Part shown: positions 22,187-32,654 of the stretch, in pieces
Numbering within the stretch: the first letter of the stretch is position 1
Layout: each line of letters starts with the position of its first letter
Assembly (NCBI GenBank): GCA_030167865.1
Contig: JALAGF010006221.1
Span: forward strand, 1 to 38,305
DNA from: Craspedostauros australis
Lineage: Eukaryota
Length of the DNA stretch: 38,305 nt
Direction of reading: 5' to 3'
Translations under genes and position numbers: made by a program
The notes under the pieces: model-generated
Told to the model about the DNA's origin: nothing
Seen by the model: the letters and a program-made list of their open reading frames with translations, nothing else
Databases searched by the model: none

Positions 22187-23520
22187 TGAGCGCAACCCCG
22201 AACGCAGGAAGAGGGCAAAGCCTCGCGCGTACTCTGTGGTACAGGAAGCACGTCTGTCCTGACCAGAATATCCTGCGAGTGCGAGCAGACACATCCCGCT
22301 CGCCGAATGTGACAGGCCTTGTTCCGTTTGCAAGCTGAGGCAAGGGCGATAGGAAGAGAAGGTGGATGGAGTTGCGTGAACTTCGAAGCGGTATTCGCCA
22401 GTACGATGATTGATGCACGGGGCGGCTTGGCTGTCGAAATGTCCGAAAGCGATTTCTTCATCTTGATGAGAACGAGTGTTTTGTCCTACAGCAACAGGAG
22501 ATGACGGAACAACTATGCCTTCTGTGACGTCACAATGCAGTAGGAGTCGTCATGCGAGACCGTACCACGATTCATGCGATTAATTGTTTGATTGCGCAGA
22601 TAACACGCAAGGTTAGCGGCGTCACATGACTCGAAATGATGCAGTGAGCGTACACCTGGGCGAACGATGATGCAGATCGCATCGGCCTTCACGTCGCTTT
22701 CGTAGTCACTGATGTGGGAGCAAGTCATTCCCGCACGTCGCCCGATCAGTTGTCATCTCGAGTCTGACTCACACCAATGGGGAGAAGTTCTCTTTTCGCT
22801 CAGTCTGGTTGGGGAAACGTTGGCACATCATCTGGACCGAACAAGCACAGGAAGCTGCCGGCATTCGTGGTCCACAGAAGAGTTGGGCCACGGCTATGCG
22901 CCATGCGAGACAAGTTGAACTTGTGATCATTAATTATCTGCCATGAATGCGTCAACTTTTTGTTTGTGGTGCACGATGTGAGCGACATGTCGGAAACGAG
23001 GGGCTCTCTTCCCCCACGCGGACCAGTTCACCTCGGCATGGCCCCTCTCCCAGGATCACTTGTTTTGTGTTGTGTGTTCGAAGAGATGCGCAGAGTGCAA
23101 TGGTTGTGTTCGAAGTACTGCTTCGCAAGAGACACCAAGTCACTGCTTTCGCTCCTGCCAGTTTTCCTATCCGAGACACATGGCTTTGAGACACCAAGCT
23201 AGACATGCAATAGCACATGTATGCAACCACACAGATTGCGAGATGGATTGGCAACATCTTCATTTGCGCTCATTGACATCGTTGCTAGACGTGAAGAGTT
23301 GAGGAAATACTTCTGAAAACTGTACGTGCACGTTCACGTCTGACTATTCAAACACGGTAGCCTATCCCGAACGTGGATTGGCCTGACCGATGATGCACGT
23401 TTGATGGTGCTCGAATTGAGGGGGACCCGGTAGCAGACATCTTCGTGGTTGTTCTTCCGCTGGCGAGGTTGACCACTGCATGATCGTGACGATCGGACGC
23501 GGTGTGGACTGATACGACAA

Positions 23521-24625
23521 TCTATTATAGGTTATCCGCATCCCCCAAATTGTGTTTGTCCGTTGAGTCATTGAGAGCCACGCTCAGTACCTGGGAATGA
23601 TAGCGCGTTCTTTGTCTCGGATTCCAGAGAACACGAGCGCTTTCGGCATGTGAGTATCATGATACTATGCCCCAACACACATGGGGAGCAGTGAAACTGC
23701 AGTGACCGACGTGGCGAACGCACCCGCACGTCGAAGAGGGAGGGGCAATACATGGGGGAGAACACGCTCCAGTGTCCAAGCCCCGTCGGATCGGTGTTCT
23801 TCCGAAGTTTCGCTCTCGCGAACGCGCATTGGCACTCGCGTAACCGTCACTGAGTATGTTAAGCGGAATACGTTGGTATCGACATCGACACGACACAGGA
23901 TCGACATGGGATCTCTATGAACACGCCATGGACACGACATGGACGTGCGACAAGCACGACATGGACATGCGACAGACACCACGCAGGACCGGATCGACGA
24001 GCAAGGGGACGTGCAAGGGACGAGCAAGGGGACGTGCAAGGGACGACCAAATTTCTCGCAATTACCGTGGTTTTGTCACGGTGACATGTCGCGAAAGCAG
24101 ACCATACTACGATGTCTAATCTAGTTGTGTTTTAAAGGGTGGTAGAGTGCACTTTTCAAAAATAGACTGCATGAATGTAAGCGTACTATCCATATCATGC
24201 TAGCACACGTGTTTGATCTTGATTGAAACATCATTCTGAAACACAATCGATAACAGAGATTTGCATCGCGGCGTCTCCAGACTGATCACCTACGATACTG
24301 TGACATCTCTCTATAAGTAAAGTGCGGTAAGGGACATGTCGATTTTTCAGGAATCGACGAGCAAGGGGACGTGCAAGGGACGAGCAAGGAGACGTGCAAG
24401 GGACGAGCAAGGGGACGTGCAAGGGACGCGACTTCAGCGCGACGTGAGCACGACGTGAACGCGACGTAGACGTGCCTTGGATGTGACAAAGGTGCAATGG
24501 ATGCACGACTTGGACGCGACCCTGTCACGACTTGGACACGACATAGGTACGACTTCGCACACTGGGCTGCACGAGGGGCGTTGCGAATGACAGTGACGCT
24601 CAACGCATGCGTGCGGAGAAACTAG
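23521..24625 (+). mobile_element. candidate non-autonomous Helitron (1105 bp)
   Basis: A|TCTATTATA 5' end; palindrome ACGCATGCGT (24603-24612) 9 nt before CTAG|T; A-T junction with no target duplication; internal tandem repeats; no convincing coding capacity. Confidence 0.62.
23996..24424 (+). repeat. two arrays of a 23-bp unit GACGAGCAAGGGGACGTGCAAGG (2 copies at 23996-24041; 3 copies at 24356-24424, one with a mismatch)
   Basis: Directly visible. The arrays start exactly 360 bp apart and each is preceded by ATC. Confidence 0.9.
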
Positions 24626-27600
24626 TGTCCGTTCCGTTGGTCGGCCAGTTTGACCCCATAAATAGGCGCCTGTGCTAACAGCAGGAAATACCCCGAGCAC
24701 TGAACATCGTGACACAAAGAGCTGCAGGGGCATACATGTTGATCGTGCTTCGCTTCCATCGTTTTGTGTATGTGATTCATGCGAACACGGTTCACTTGTT
24801 CTGTAACCGCCTTTCACGTGCTTGCTTCGCGGAGGTTCGCATGCAGGAAACGTGTTCTCGCCACGCGCGGTACTACATTTTCGCATGGAGGAAACTGTTA
24901 CCGTTATCATCTGGATGTGTTCTACCGCGACTCCTCGCAGACGGACGCGCGTTATGACATCAGCAATAAACATCGCAGCGAATCACAAGAACATTGGAGA
25001 GTGAAGGTCGTGTCGCGTGTGCTGTCCGACACCCAATTGCAACACACACAGTCTCATCTGTTCTCTCGCGGTTTGCCGCGCAAGCAATCATGACCACTTC
25101 TGCCACGGTGAACACAGCGGACGTGCCCATCACTGAACCAAGACAAATTCTGCTCATCTCGTGTGCGTTGCGATGTTCGTGTTGCAGTTCCAACTGCGAG
25201 GGATGATTGCGACAGCCAGCTCGTTGCGGTGTGGTCTTTGGGGCGATTTCTCCGTCTTTCGCCAGTGACTGGAACCGAAGTGAGCGCGTCACGAAGTCGG
25301 ATGCGCTGATGCTGGGCACTGTGGGGCGCCTTGTGTCTTTGCGCCAACTTGCTGTGCGGATGGAATCCTCCGCCGCTGCCTCCAACCGACAACAGTCAAA
25401 TCAAGCACTCGTCATGCACACACCTGAAGCGCATTCAACACAGTCGCAACACTGACTCGAATTGAACTCTGTGATGGCTTGCCCTCGTTTGATGTTGTTC
25501 CTGTGATGCAAGAGGCATGCGACGGGTCGGCTGCCCAAATAGATGCACAGAACACACGATAACTAGCCCATCCCTTGTACTAGGAACAAATAGGTCAACT
25601 GTCAAAACCACGAAACGTGATGATCGTCAATAGCTTCCTGTGCCTGTTGAGTTAGTGTGTGGTTGGTGTCCTGGTTTGAAACGAGCAAGCAAACAATTGC
25701 ACTGATGCGGTAATCGGGAAAGCGCCACGTTCCGTTGTTGGACGTTGTAAATACTATTTTCTGAGTTTGCATCTCGGACGCACTGGACAAGCATCGTGAG
25801 GAACGCAAAGCGCCCTCGTGGCAACACCCCCAAGGAAGAAGACTGCCAGACACCAACGCTTGCTGAAGAGAGTCCCACTTTGTCACACGAATAACCCAGA
25901 GAATCACCAACGAGCACCTGAGCCGCACAGCCAAACAAACGTTGCACGGGAGCGGGCTCACCACCTTCGACAACGGCAGTGACAGGAGCACGATAGTGAT
26001 CACCCAATAACGTAGTGCGCATGAATACAGGAACGTGGAGGAATGGCGCTGCTCCCGGTGCAGAGCGCGACGGTTGATGACACGAAGTTCAGTAGGCTTG
26101 TAAGACAACAGACAGCTTGTGGTTGGAGGAGCGCTCTGTGGTAATCAACGATGGCGTGAAAAGGAACCTCTCGGGCAAGTGCGAAAGTTACCTGAGCAAG
26201 GGGAGGGGAGAACACGAATGATGATTGCAAATCAGCCACTTCTTTCCAAAGAGGGAAAGCAATTGTGTGACTGCATCGATGCCGCGTCGTGTCGTGTCGT
26301 GGGTCTGGGAGGGGATGTGTTGGCACAGACACAACAGGGAAGGAACGAGAAAAGGGGACATCATTGGCATGTGCGAACAGTGTGCGGCATCGCAACCACG
26401 TACTAAAATCAGCGCGACGTCATGTCGACACGGGAAAGGCGTGCTCTAGTAGTCCCATGAGTGCATGACTCGACAGACCCAAAAACCGCACAACACACCC
26501 CAAGCGTGAACAAATAAAAAATCGACGCAAAAAGAGACTTTACCGCGCTTCCCCAGGTGGATGTCTCCTCCTCGCCTTGGCTTGTGTCCTCCTTCCTCGA
26601 TCCTTCCTCATGCCATGTCATGTTGTGTCATGTCGTATCATGTCATCGCCTCTGTCATGGGTTTCTGTTCCTCGTTAGGTATGACCGCGCTTTGGGTTGT
26701 CGGAAGAAGGTTCTCAATCTCCAGGGAGGCGAATGTTGTGTTGGTTTTGTTTCGTGTCCATGTGGTCGAATTAGTCATTCAACCAGAAGTCTATGGACAG
26801 GTGAAAATAGCAATCTATCGTCATGGTTCCGGCATCGCCCAAAGCAGGTGACAAGCGACAAACAGCAGGGGTGGAGACGGAGACGGAGCGGAGAATAAGG
26901 CAGGGATGGCGGCGTGCGAAGCAACTCCCTCTCTTTACTATTCTAGTATATCATATCATGTAATAGAATATCATATAATCGTGTTATATTTACGTTGCTG
27001 TGGCGCGGCAGAGACATGCGATCAAGTCCAACCAAATTGAGAGTAGAGCAGAGCAGCATATAATGTCACAGTATTACTAGTCGTATGTAGAGTACGATTC
27101 CGTTGCGAATGGATGCACATGCTCGTACTCGTGCAGGGAGGTACCTACGAAAGCGGCCAACCATCGGTGCTCTGCGGAGAGGGTCTACCTAATGAAATGG
27201 CACAGCACAGGCGCGCCACACCAAGCTCGTATTGGAACCGACACAAGTACGAGCTGTTCGAAGATGTGATGGGTGTCGCTTCACAATCTTGTCCAACAAA
27301 GACGGAAGGAAGCAAGGAAGAGGATCATCAACAACCGAATTAACACCTGAGCCCGACACCAGCTCAACCCAAGGTTAACACAACAGAAACAGTCCTTGAC
27401 ATACGTTTCCTGGAGAACAAGCGAGACGAAAAGACGCCGAGTGAGGTCAACCAAGAGACGGAAAGCGACGGGTGCGAGGTGCGGCGATTCAAGTTGTGAG
27501 GGATCTCTTCGATCACTCTGCATTTGTTTTCTGTCGTGTTCGCCCTTCTCCAAAGGAGCCCCCTGGACTGCACTCTTGGATTGCTTGCGATGTATAGTTG

Positions 27601-29581
27601 CTTGGATGAAAGCTGTTGCTCTGAAGCCTTTCAGCGCGCAAGGACAGGGACAATGCACCAACAAGAGGTTTGCATTCCGTGCTATGAACTGTTACATGTG
27701 TGCGCCGCGTTCGTACATGCTGTTGCACCGTACGTTACGCTCTTCTTTTGCGTTCGATGATCTCGGGACAAACAAGAATATTGTTCTATTCTATGTGTGG
27801 TGGCATGCATCGTGGTTGGAAGAGGACACAAATAGAATATTCATTATAATAATAGAATAGGTCGTCACCAATCACGAGGGTGCGATCTCTTGGGTGGCGG
27901 CGGTGCCGGAGAGTCTTCCTGGACGGGAAGTGGTTGCCTTGGATGCTGGAAGTGATGATGTGATGATGGGTGGTGCGATGCGATGCGATGCAACGTCATG
28001 CGATGCAAAAGAATACATGAGCGCCCATCACGAAGGCGATGCCTCTGCTCAATGTCCATGCGTCATCGCCGTTTGCGAAGGACATTGTCTTGTCCCGCGA
28101 ACTTTTGGGCAACCACACTATTATACGAGCAAGTACATGATCAACTCATGCCATGCCATGCCATGCTGTTGTTTTGCATGATAGAATACTTGGCCTATGT
28201 GCTGTACCATGAGCCACGCTAAGTTCTATTCTCCTCTACTCGTTGCCGCATGGTTGGGAGTGGAGATAGCAACAGCTCACCAGCGCAACCAAGCACATGC
28301 GTGGACGAGGCAACACACAGCGAACGCAAAAAGAATGGCGGAAGAAGAGAGAACAGAGGCGATGTGAATGGACCGGAAGCGACACGAACGAGACAGAACC
28401 TCGTCGAAACCCTGGCAGCCAGATCGAAACCGCAAGCGGAAAGGAGCCGGCAACACAGAAGGAGAATTGGTCCAAGGAAATGACCTTGATGCCACCGAGT
28501 ACCGCATCGCGCCGTACTGCAGTCGTACGTAAGGCCTACTTTGCTCGACAATGCTCTGGTGGTCACACCCAGTGACCCAATTCGTGAGTGAAGCAAATTA
28601 CGTATTGCAAGCCACAATTGCAGTATTCCGATCTACCTGCAAACGGGAGAGAAAGCTCCAAAATGCCAGTGCACCACAACGCTTCGACGCAAACACGGGT
28701 CCAACTGGTTGCCAATACTGCTCATCATGACCACACGTGTCGCCATCACAAGGACAAAACCAATCAAGAACGCGCTCCCAATATTGCCCCGCCTTTGATA
28801 CGTGCAGACATTGGGAAGAGACACAATTCACTCTTGACTGAACCGTGCACCCATTGCCTGTGAACTTCTCCAAGCGCTGTGTTCACCGACCATGCTCGCC
28901 TCGGCGCAGCTCGTGACGGAGAAGAACGAAACAAAGGAAAGGAACATGAGACGGAACTTAGAACACAAACAGCGAGGAATACTGCTGACAAAAAGGCCGG
29001 CACATCATTCCTGCGCAACCACCTCCCCGACGGAATGGCGCAACCAATACCGCGATCAGGAGAACGAACGCTTGAGGACACAGACTTAATCGTATGAATC
29101 GCTCGGTCGTGTTCACACATGCTCGTGCTGATGGGTTCAACATCCACAAGACCCAAAGGGTGTATGGCGATTGACATCGGGAATCATGCACATAAGACGA
29201 TGGGTCATCGACGAACGAGAAGAATCATGAATTGAAGGGTCATTTCAGATTAATTGAATCCATCGATGACTGTGAAACACTCCTCAACGATCGGAAGAAA
29301 GTCGGGTCGGGAGATTCAACTACATCCATGTGCACATTAAGTTGATGCAATGATAAGTTGATTCCCAACCAACAATCTGGCACTGCGGAGTGGATGAATG
29401 AAGGCTAATAGTAGGGTCACGGAGTCATTTCGATGTGAAGGTGAGAGCAGGTTTGCGAACTAATTGGTCTTGCGGCAACAAGATTGGTTTCCGGAGTGTG
29501 TCATTGCGCCCGTCTTTTTGAGCGAAACTTAATCTCGTTGTTGCGTGGATTGTCGCGTTGTTGCTGTGCCGACACAAGTGC

Positions 29582-29738
29582 ACAAAGGAAGGACAAAGCC
29601 ATCACGTGGACAACGAGTACAAAGCCCAAATAGAGACCACATCCGTACAAAAGCACAGCACGCACATGGCGCAAATACAAAAGGCCGAGACGCATCGCCA
29701 CACATTCTCGCCACAAAAAGCCAGCAATCACAAAAAGG
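29582..29738 (+). promoter_or_regulatory. cluster of seven ACAAA(A)0-2G motifs ~400-550 bp upstream of the HMG-box gene
   Basis: ACAAAG at 29582, 29593, 29619; ACAAAAG at 29647, 29677; ACAAAAAG at 29713, 29730. A regulatory role is inferred only. Confidence 0.4.
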
Positions 29739-30094
29739 CGCAGAGCACAATCCAACCCAAAACGATTAATCGCCGCCAATCTCCCCTTTGGACTGTTTCC
29801 GTCTATTTGGTTTCCCCACAAAAACAGTGCGAGTAATTGTGGAGGACTCTCGACAAACAATCCACAATAGTAGTTCCACAATACTCACTCATCGATCAAC
29901 CCAACAACAACATCAACAACAACATCATCAACATTAACAACGTCGTTGTTTGCATCAGCATCCACATCACATCTGCATCTGCATCTCACAAAAACAGATA
30001 ATCATTTTCTGAACGCAAGAGCAAGAGCAACAACAACAGCCTCCCGAACTCCAACATCTCAGACGAAGCCGAATATATTCCCACCACCATCAAC

Positions 30095-30133
30095 AACACT
30101 ACTCTATTGATAACACTACTCTATTGATAACAC
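30095..30133 (+). repeat. 17-bp tandem duplication (AACACTACTCTATTGAT x2.3) immediately before the HMG start codon
   Basis: Exact copies at 30095-30111 and 30112-30128, partial at 30129-30133; ATG at 30135. Confidence 0.85.
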
Positions 30134-30134
30134 A

Positions 30135-31961
30135 ATGGACTCCAGCACCATGAACGTGGGCGGGTTGTTCCCTGGTGGCGGAGCTGGAAGCGGCAACAAG
30201 AGCATCGCAGCCATGCAGAGCCGCTCCATCAGCCCCATGCCTGCACGTTCTCCTGCCAGCAAGACAGGCACCAGCAAGAAAGGCGCAGTCGCAACCACCA
30301 CCAAGTCAGGCACCAAGTCAGGCACCAAGACGACCACCACTAGCAACAGCAGCAGCAGCAACAACAGAAAGAAGGTGCCCAGCAAGACCCCCAAGCTGAC
30401 TCCCAAGGCCCCGGAGAAGAAGAAGAGACGCAAGAAGAAGTGGAAGAAGCCAAAGGACAAGCCCAACCGCCCGCTGAGCGCCTACAACCTCTTCTTCCAG
30501 GAGCAGCGCAGCGAGATGCTGGGCGATGAGGCGCCCACCCCAGAGGAGGAGGCCCTGAAGAAGCGCATCCACTGCAAGACGCACGGCAAGATCGGCTTCG
30601 CGGAGATGGCCAAGGAGATCGGGGCCAAGTGGAAGCTGCTGGAGGGAGACAAGAGGAAGGTCTTCGAGGAGAAGGCCAAGAAGCTCAAGGAGAAGTACCA
30701 GGTGGAGCTCAAGGTCTGGAAGGAGAACAACCTCAAGAAGACCAACGCTGCTGCTGCCGCGGCTGCCGCAGCTGCTGCTGCTTCTGCTTCTGCCACCATC
30801 GCAGCCTCGGCCACCACCATCTCCCCCTCCAACAGCTCGGACGAGGGCTCCATCAACGACCTTCGCAACATCAACGCTGCTGCTGCGGCCGCCAGAGGTC
30901 TCACCGGCATCAACGGCATTCCAAGCGGCATTGCCAATGGCATTGCTAACGGCATCAATCCCATGAGCAACATCAATGGCATGAGTAACATCAACGCCGC
31001 TGTCATCTCCCCAGGCATGCACGGCACGGCCGCCAACGCTGCCATGCTCAGGGCCCCCGGTCTCGTCACTCCCAACAGCCCCAACAGTCGCAGCCGCTCC
31101 GGATCTCCGCTGGCCCAAGCAGCAGCGGCCGCCTCCCTGCGTCAGGCACAGCAACAGGCCGCTGCGGCTGCCGCGTTCAACGCCAACCCGCATGCCGATG
31201 CCTTCTCCCTCATGATGGCGGAGAAGAGGCGCGATCTGCTTCTCCAAAGACAGCAGCAGCAGCAATTGCAGCACCATCAGCAGTTCCAACACCAGCAGGC
31301 CCAGCAGCTCCAGCAACACCACCTGCAGCAGCAGCAACAACAACAACAGCTCCAGAACAACCAACAGCAGGCCCAGCAGCAGGCCAACCCCTTCGCCAAC
31401 CAGTTCGACTTTCTGCGTGCCCAGATGCAACAGCAGCATCAACAGCAGCAGCACCAGTTGCACCAAACCCAGCAGGCTCAGCACCAGGCCCAGCAACTCC
31501 AGAACAACCAGCAAGCGCACCAGGCTCAGCACCAGTTGCAGCAAACACAGCAGGCTCAGCAGCAGCAACAGATGCAGCAGCTCCAGAACAACCAGCAAGC
31601 GCAGCACCAGGCACAGCAATCCCAGCAGGCACAGCAAGCCAACGACCCGTTCTTCCAATCCGGCTCGGAGTACGCCAGCGCTGCTGAGGCGTCGGCCAAT
31701 GCCATCATGCAGTCCTTCGGTGCAGGCCCGCCCGCCTCCGCCTCAACGGCTGACCGTCTGGACCAGTTGCAGCGCTTGCAGCTTCAGTTGCAACAGCAAC
31801 AACAGCAACAACAGCAGCAGCAGCAGCAGGTCCCACATCAGGCCCAACAGCAGCAACAACACCAGCAGCAATCCATGGCGGCCATGATGAGACGCTTCAC
31901 GGCTGCGGCCGCATCCTCCTCCGGCAACTCTGGCGGTGTCATCAACCACATGTGCGTCTAG
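30135..31961 (+). CDS. HMG-box protein (608 aa) with poly-Ala and extensive poly-Gln regions
   Basis: KKPKDKPNRPLSAYNLFFQEQR...HCKTHGKIGFAEMAKEIGAKWKLL...FEEKAKKLKEKYQVELKVW is an HMG box with the HGKIxF insert typical of diatom HMG proteins; basic NLS KKKRRKKKWKK; single open frame. Confidence 0.93.
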   Translation: MDSSTMNVGGLFPGGGAGSGNKSIAAMQSRSISPMPARSPASKTGTSKKGAVATTTKSGTKSGTKTTTTSNSSSSNNRKKVPSKTPKLTPKAPEKKKRRKKKWKKPKDKPNRPLSAYNLFFQEQRSEMLGDEAPTPEEEALKKRIHCKTHGKIGFAEMAKEIGAKWKLLEGDKRKVFEEKAKKLKEKYQVELKVWKENNLKKTNAAAAAAAAAAAASASATIAASATTISPSNSSDEGSINDLRNINAAAAAARGLTGINGIPSGIANGIANGINPMSNINGMSNINAAVISPGMHGTAANAAMLRAPGLVTPNSPNSRSRSGSPLAQAAAAASLRQAQQQAAAAAAFNANPHADAFSLMMAEKRRDLLLQRQQQQQLQHHQQFQHQQAQQLQQHHLQQQQQQQQLQNNQQQAQQQANPFANQFDFLRAQMQQQHQQQQHQLHQTQQAQHQAQQLQNNQQAHQAQHQLQQTQQAQQQQQMQQLQNNQQAQHQAQQSQQAQQANDPFFQSGSEYASAAEASANAIMQSFGAGPPASASTADRLDQLQRLQLQLQQQQQQQQQQQQQVPHQAQQQQQHQQQSMAAMMRRFTAAAASSSGNSGGVINHMCV

Positions 31962-32654
31962 ACCCACATGGATGGTAACCATCACAGCAACCAACCATCG
32001 TAGCAGACCATCACAGCCAACCATCGCAGCAACACAGTTTTGTCCCACCAGCAACATCTCCTCCCCATGCCCAAAGGAGCACTTAACGCAACACTCAACA
32101 GAGCACTCACGCCCAAGAGCCATTCCACAAACCAAGGCAAACCATCACAGCCAACACAAACAAAGAGCAACAACACGAAAACAGAAACAACAAGAACAAC
32201 TAACAACAAACAAATACCAATACAGACAGATACAACTATTATTAAACCAAACAGAACAACGAACGACCTTATCCATTGTGCTCATGTTTTTCTGAAGGAG
32301 CACTGGTAGCTCCGACGGCGTGATGCATCATGTCATTCTATCCAATGATTTGCACTTCGATGCCTGCTGCATCGTCCAATGCTGTGTCATCCGACGCTGT
32401 GCGATGCTACAAGCTCAAGTCCCCGACTGCGGATTCAATACAACACAATACAATCCAATACAACTGATGTCTCTATTCAAATAGTATTGTATTAGAATAT
32501 AATAGATGGAGTCATAATATAATGCTTCGTAGTGCAACGGTACCGTCACTGCTGTTATCACTTCCAGTGCTGGCATCCCTCTCTGCTCGGACAGACAGAT
32601 TGTCGTACCCGTACTATATTAGTAGTCGTGCCATACTCCGACTATCTGCACTGT

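Noticed and set aside
22127..22196. Direct repeat TGAGCGCAAC flanking unknown sequence, as a target-site duplication
   Set aside because: It flanks an N gap and is best explained as overlapping contig ends.
23996..24424. 23-bp repeats as a CRISPR-like array
   Set aside because: The units are head-to-tail with no unique spacers, there are no cas genes, and the context is eukaryotic.
23362..24973. Minus-strand ORFs on either side of the candidate Helitron join in frame if it is removed
   Set aside because: The joined peptide has no recognisable motif, and an in-frame join happens by chance one time in three.
26410..26450. Second CTAG|T (26446-26450) as an alternative Helitron 3' end capturing 24626-26449
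   Set aside because: The upstream hairpin is only about 4 bp; support is too weak without other copies.
30318..31658. 446-aa Leu-rich minus-strand ORF
   Set aside because: Antisense of the CAG/CAA poly-Q HMG gene.
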